DNA of 64,000 nt from Magallana gigas. Its lineage: Eukaryota. Of this stretch, positions 59,845 through 64,000 are shown in pieces. The stretch spans positions 38,068,001-38,132,000 of the forward strand of contig NC_088857.1 in NCBI RefSeq assembly GCF_963853765.1. Direction: 5' to 3'. The position numbers were made by a program, and so were the translations under genes. The notes beneath the pieces were generated by a model. The model was not told the origin of the DNA and searched no databases. It saw only the letters and a list, made by a program, of their open reading frames with translations. Every line of letters starts with the position of its first letter. The first letter of the stretch is position 1.

Positions 59845-62800
59845 ATGGCGAGCAGGCAACAAGCTTCCTTGACGTACGTAGCAGTTTCATAAATTTAATT
59901 GCTCTTTCTTTTTTATGCGTTGCATTCCTGATAATGTTTATCATTTTTTAGAAGGTTCGAAAAGGTTAATTTGACGATTTCCCATATTTTCATGAACAGT
60001 TGTTGTCTTATTACCTCAATATGTTATTTGATTGGAATGCATTTGCATTTTAAAAACATGCAGAAATATCTTATATATAAATGAAAATAAATTTATAGGT
60101 GATTAATATTCCAGAGACAAAAAATGTAAAATATTTCGTTGAAAAAAAAAATGCTGCAGAAGTTTAACAATAAGGTTTTTAGTTCAGTTTTCCTAGCAAA
60201 AAGAATTATTTCTTATTGTAAAAAGAATTGTAAGTCAAACGTGTGGGGGGGGGGGGATTCAATTCTTGCAGCTCGTCGTATACAGCTATAAATAATATGC
60301 CGACTTGGTAATGCACAAGCTGTCGTCAAATTATATACCGATATTGATTAAACATACAAATAGACAAGTTTAACGCTGTTACTATAGAAATTCGGTGGTT
60401 GTCTTTAAACAGTGAGATTTAATCTCACTATACCTTTTTTCATCAGTTCAACATTGCTACTCAGTATTATGTAGCGAGAAAAAAAATCGTTAATATCTAT
60501 TATTTATGAATCAAACTGTCTGCATGATAAAGATGTCTGGTTGAATACAACAGCCTCCATGCATGACGAATATTTTTTATTAATATGTGATACATTTTAA
60601 AACGTAATCCGATGAGAGAGGGTGTCTCTTAGGGAGAAAGCACTTTATGAGTGAAACAATTAATTCATACACGAGTTCTGAATTGCTGCATGGCTTTCGG
60701 ATACAGCCACAGCGCACAAAGACCTTTCACCAAATGATGTGTGATGCGAGGCATAGCGAGAGCCCGAATACAGCGAGCTTACGGGAGAGAGACCGAGGTA
60801 GCATCTGCTGAGCTTTGTAGTCAAACCTATAGGGGGACTGTTACCAATGGGAGGAAAGAAATCTAAGTATCAAAATATTGAGGGGTAGGTACACGTACTA
60901 TGTTCGGGGAAAGGGGGCGTGCAATTTTCCTCCCGCGTGCATTTTTACAAAATATCATCATTTTTGCTAAAAACCTATAACGGTAGATGTTTTGTCTATT
61001 AGACCGTACAAAGGTTTAATATGTTAACACTACTACTTGTTATGTATAATGGCATAAATATTAATGCTTGCACGAAGGGTTTTATCTTTTTCTTATAACA
61101 AAAAAGGCAGAAATATTTCGTGAAATTTTGCAGACAATAGTAAAATAATGTTGCTTTGTTATGCATATGCATCATGCATAAAAGGAGAAATCGATGTTTG
61201 CGATGAATATTACGTCTGCATCGCGAATAATAAATCCACGTTCCAATCTTTTTGGTGCAATTTGATCGAGTAGCTTAACAGATTATTAATTACCAAGGGC
61301 AGGACATAAGTTGACTTTAACGTATTGCATATAGCTGCAGGTGGAAAGCAGGTCTTGAGTTTAACATTGAATTGACGCTTTGATGTTTAATTATACATGT
61401 ATTAGAAATCTCCATAGACCTGTCGTACAATTGAAATGCGTTGCATTTTTATATACAACAAAAACATTATCATCTAAAAAATTAGGCCCATTACTTCAGT
61501 TATAGTTTTCATTATAAATGATATATCTTTAACGATTTTGAAGGGGGGGGGGGGTTATACGAAGGACACTGGTGCTTGTTAACAGGACACCCAAGCCCCC
61601 CCCCCTTTTTACCTCATAAAACAGAAGACCCATTGGGGTCTGTCTAATAGAATTATATTTAAAAACATATCAAATTATTTTTGTTTAAATTACATTAAAT
61701 TTAAAAAAAAAAAAAAACCCGTTTCCTTTTGCACATAATTGGGTTGGGGTGGGGGTGGGGGAGGGGGTGAGTCCTGTCAAGAAGCACCTTTGGGATAAGA
61801 ATTTATAGTACACCTAGGTACTAAGATCATGATATTGCGGAAATAATTTTTTGTGGGACCTCTCTCTCTCTCTCTTTTTCGTCACGAGATACGTATCCTT
61901 GAAATAAATTTTTTTACGCATTGTGTTGATCGGCGGAAGTATTAGTGAAACCAGTTACCTATATTGTATACATAGAGACCTTCACCGAAGAGATTTTATA
62001 CCAGGGATGGCATTAAAATTTTTCAATTATTTTAATGACAGTAAATGCACGTCAGACAAAGATGAAGCTTACCAAAAGAAGGGAGGGGAACCTAACCCTG
62101 ACGACTACGAGAAGTTGTACTTTAAGGCGGAGTTTACGGCGATGGACAAGGAGAACCGAGGGAAACTGACCACCTCTGAGTTCGTCAAACTCATGATGTT
62201 CCTGGGGTACGGAGAACGATGGAAAGTAGATGTAAGTAGATGTAAGTAGGCATGGTCATTCATGCGTACGTATGGTCTAATGATTTTTTTTCAAGTACTA
62301 GTATGTACATGTATAGAGTATAATTACTCTTGATGGGTTTTTTTTCTATATGTGAATTTTTTAAAAAAGGCCTACCGCTTTATATGTTTTAAATCCCCTA
62401 TATAACCTTCTCCACCTGACCCACAATACCAACTTTAAAGATCATATCTATATTAAAAATTTTTTGGTTTGTATTGTAGGTTCGGTGAATGGGGATTGTT
62501 AAGGGGGTTTAAAAACTTTTTTTAAGCAATATGCATTTCTCTCGAATTCACTTGTAGATGAAATATCATGTAAACTATTTGAGACAGTGGTGCTGTTAGC
62601 ACCAGTTAGGAATTTAATATTGGGGGGGGGGGGGGGGGGGGGTTGCTTGTCAAAATATTTCCAAACCGATACAATCAAATGTGCCTTAAACGAATCCAAC
62701 CAATCTACGTGTCGCGATCTTTACGAAATAACTCTATATTATTTCATGTTTTTTAAAAGTACAACCGACTAGACTTTGACATAAATAAATTAACTCTACT

Positions 62801-63908
62801 GATTTTATAGGCCTATATGATATATGTGCGTTCTAACAATGCACATTACAAAATATATTCCTCATGCTCATAATATGATGAAGTCAGGAAAAGGATTTTA
62901 AGATTTTACCGCATACTTTTTTTGGGGGGAGGGGGGGGGGGGGGTCGGTTATACAGAAAAGTTCAATGTATCTACAAAATTAATGTAAATTGTACATATA
63001 CCCGGTAATGCAATCTGCGAAACAATACTTTTTCAGAATCCAATTGCAAAAACTACTTCAATATAAAACGTTCAAAGCAAATTAAACTTAGTTAACATAA
63101 AATATGAATAGTATGCAGGTAGGTTATATATATATCGACTCTGATATTTACTTCTAATTAAGTGGGGGGGGGGGGTGTCAGTGCAGATTAAATTGAAGAC
63201 AATCTTTAGTGTGTCCGTTTTCATCCACCAAAGTCACAATTTGAGCTAAAAATAATGGAAATTAAAACTGGGAAAAAGATCCCACAATTCTTTGTTGTGT
63301 ATACAAGACTCGTGCCATGGTAGTTACATAGCCTGTGCATACTGGTAAAACAGGTTTTACTAATGATATTGTTCAATATTCCAGTTAATTATTTAAACTT
63401 TTTCTATTATTTGTTACTCCAAAGTATGTACTTTTTCATGCTTTTTTCTGCCCAGCAACCTTTATGTAAAAAAACCAAAAACGCAACATAAACATAAATA
63501 TTGTATAACAAAGGATTAACTCTGTATCTCACGTATATCTCAACTTTAGCTGACCATTCGAAATATCTTGTTTTAGCATTGTACACTGCGCATATACCGT
63601 ATATCAGGTTTTTTCCGCGTGTATCCAATTTCAGCATTGTTCGCGACAATTTCTGAATTGCGGAAATTATATCTTGTTTTAGCATTGTACAATGCGCATA
63701 TACCGGTATATGCATATTTTGAACATATTCGGGAGTGTGCCCCTTTTACTAGCTAATAATTAGGATTTTGAATGTCAATTTTCATCGCATTACTGCATGT
63801 ATTTCCCGTTTTGCAGGAGCTGTTGAAAGCTGTTAATCCAGAAGGAGATGGGTATATTACCATTGATGAGTTCTACTCCGCTATGAAACGTCCTGGAGTC
63901 ACAGAAGG
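59845..63908 (+). CDS. EF-hand (calmodulin-like) calcium-binding protein, 5' part; continues past the window
   Basis: Exons 62042-62231 and 63817-63908 give helix-loop-helix EF-hands FKAEFTAM-DKENRGKLTTSE-FVKLM and LLKAV-NPEGDGYITIDE-FYSAM. The candidate first exon 59845-59873 (MASRQQASL-T, phase 2) is phase-compatible but less certain. Confidence 0.75.
61571..61788. mobile_element. Possible small MITE
   Basis: 18-bp imperfect TIRs GGTGCTTGTTAACAGGAC / GTCCTGTCAAGAAGCACC (2 mismatches); no clear TSD. Confidence 0.35.
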
Positions 63909-64000
63909 GTAGTTTTAGTACATTATACTTCATACGAATGTCTGCATGCAAAGTTTTTTGCTCACCCATGCATAAAGCTGGTGAGTATGGTGTTCTGATG

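Noticed and set aside
60735-60800. GC-richer ATG-initiated stretch as an alternative first exon of the EF-hand gene
   Set aside because: Its donor is phase 1, whereas exon 62042 requires phase 2.
63563-63711. About 42-bp direct repeat at 106-bp spacing (similar pair near 50650/50750)
   Set aside because: Two-copy local intronic or intergenic duplications with no further structure.

Overview
AT-rich eukaryotic (bivalve) genomic DNA, most likely a Crassostrea/Magallana oyster; this is inferred from Helentron-derived HINE elements and a Cg170-like ~166-bp satellite. No prokaryotic features, rRNA, tRNA or CRISPR were seen. Genes were reconstructed by hand from GT-AG splice sites with consistent phases: the 3' part of a TTC3/DZIP3-like RING-H2 E3 ligase (18-11582, +); a CD225/dispanin membrane protein (14664-16085, +); two tandem, intronless, highly divergent Cys-loop (nAChR-like) channel subunits (18921-20381 and 21688-23148, -); CFAP410/C21orf2 (27314-29943, -); a small secreted 8-Cys peptide (38932-39171, -); a QPD/WDD C-type lectin (42984-44415, +) with a decayed upstream duplicate; and the 5' part of an EF-hand protein (59845-63908, +). 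Mobile DNA: a triple-deleted Mag-type Ty3/Gypsy element with near-identical LTRs nested in a HINE within a TTC3 intron, a second HINE carrying a satellite array, a Mutator-like MITE with perfect 128-bp TIRs, a TTAA (Kolobok-like) MITE, and several long palindromes. The best candidates for undescribed biology are (i) the orphan channel pair, which has lost the acetylcholine aromatic box and carries a conserved 3-Cys C-terminal tail plus an extra extracellular Cys, and (ii) the secreted peptide, whose core aligns with the CHH/ITP neuropeptide signature. All comparisons with known families are from memory and need database confirmation.
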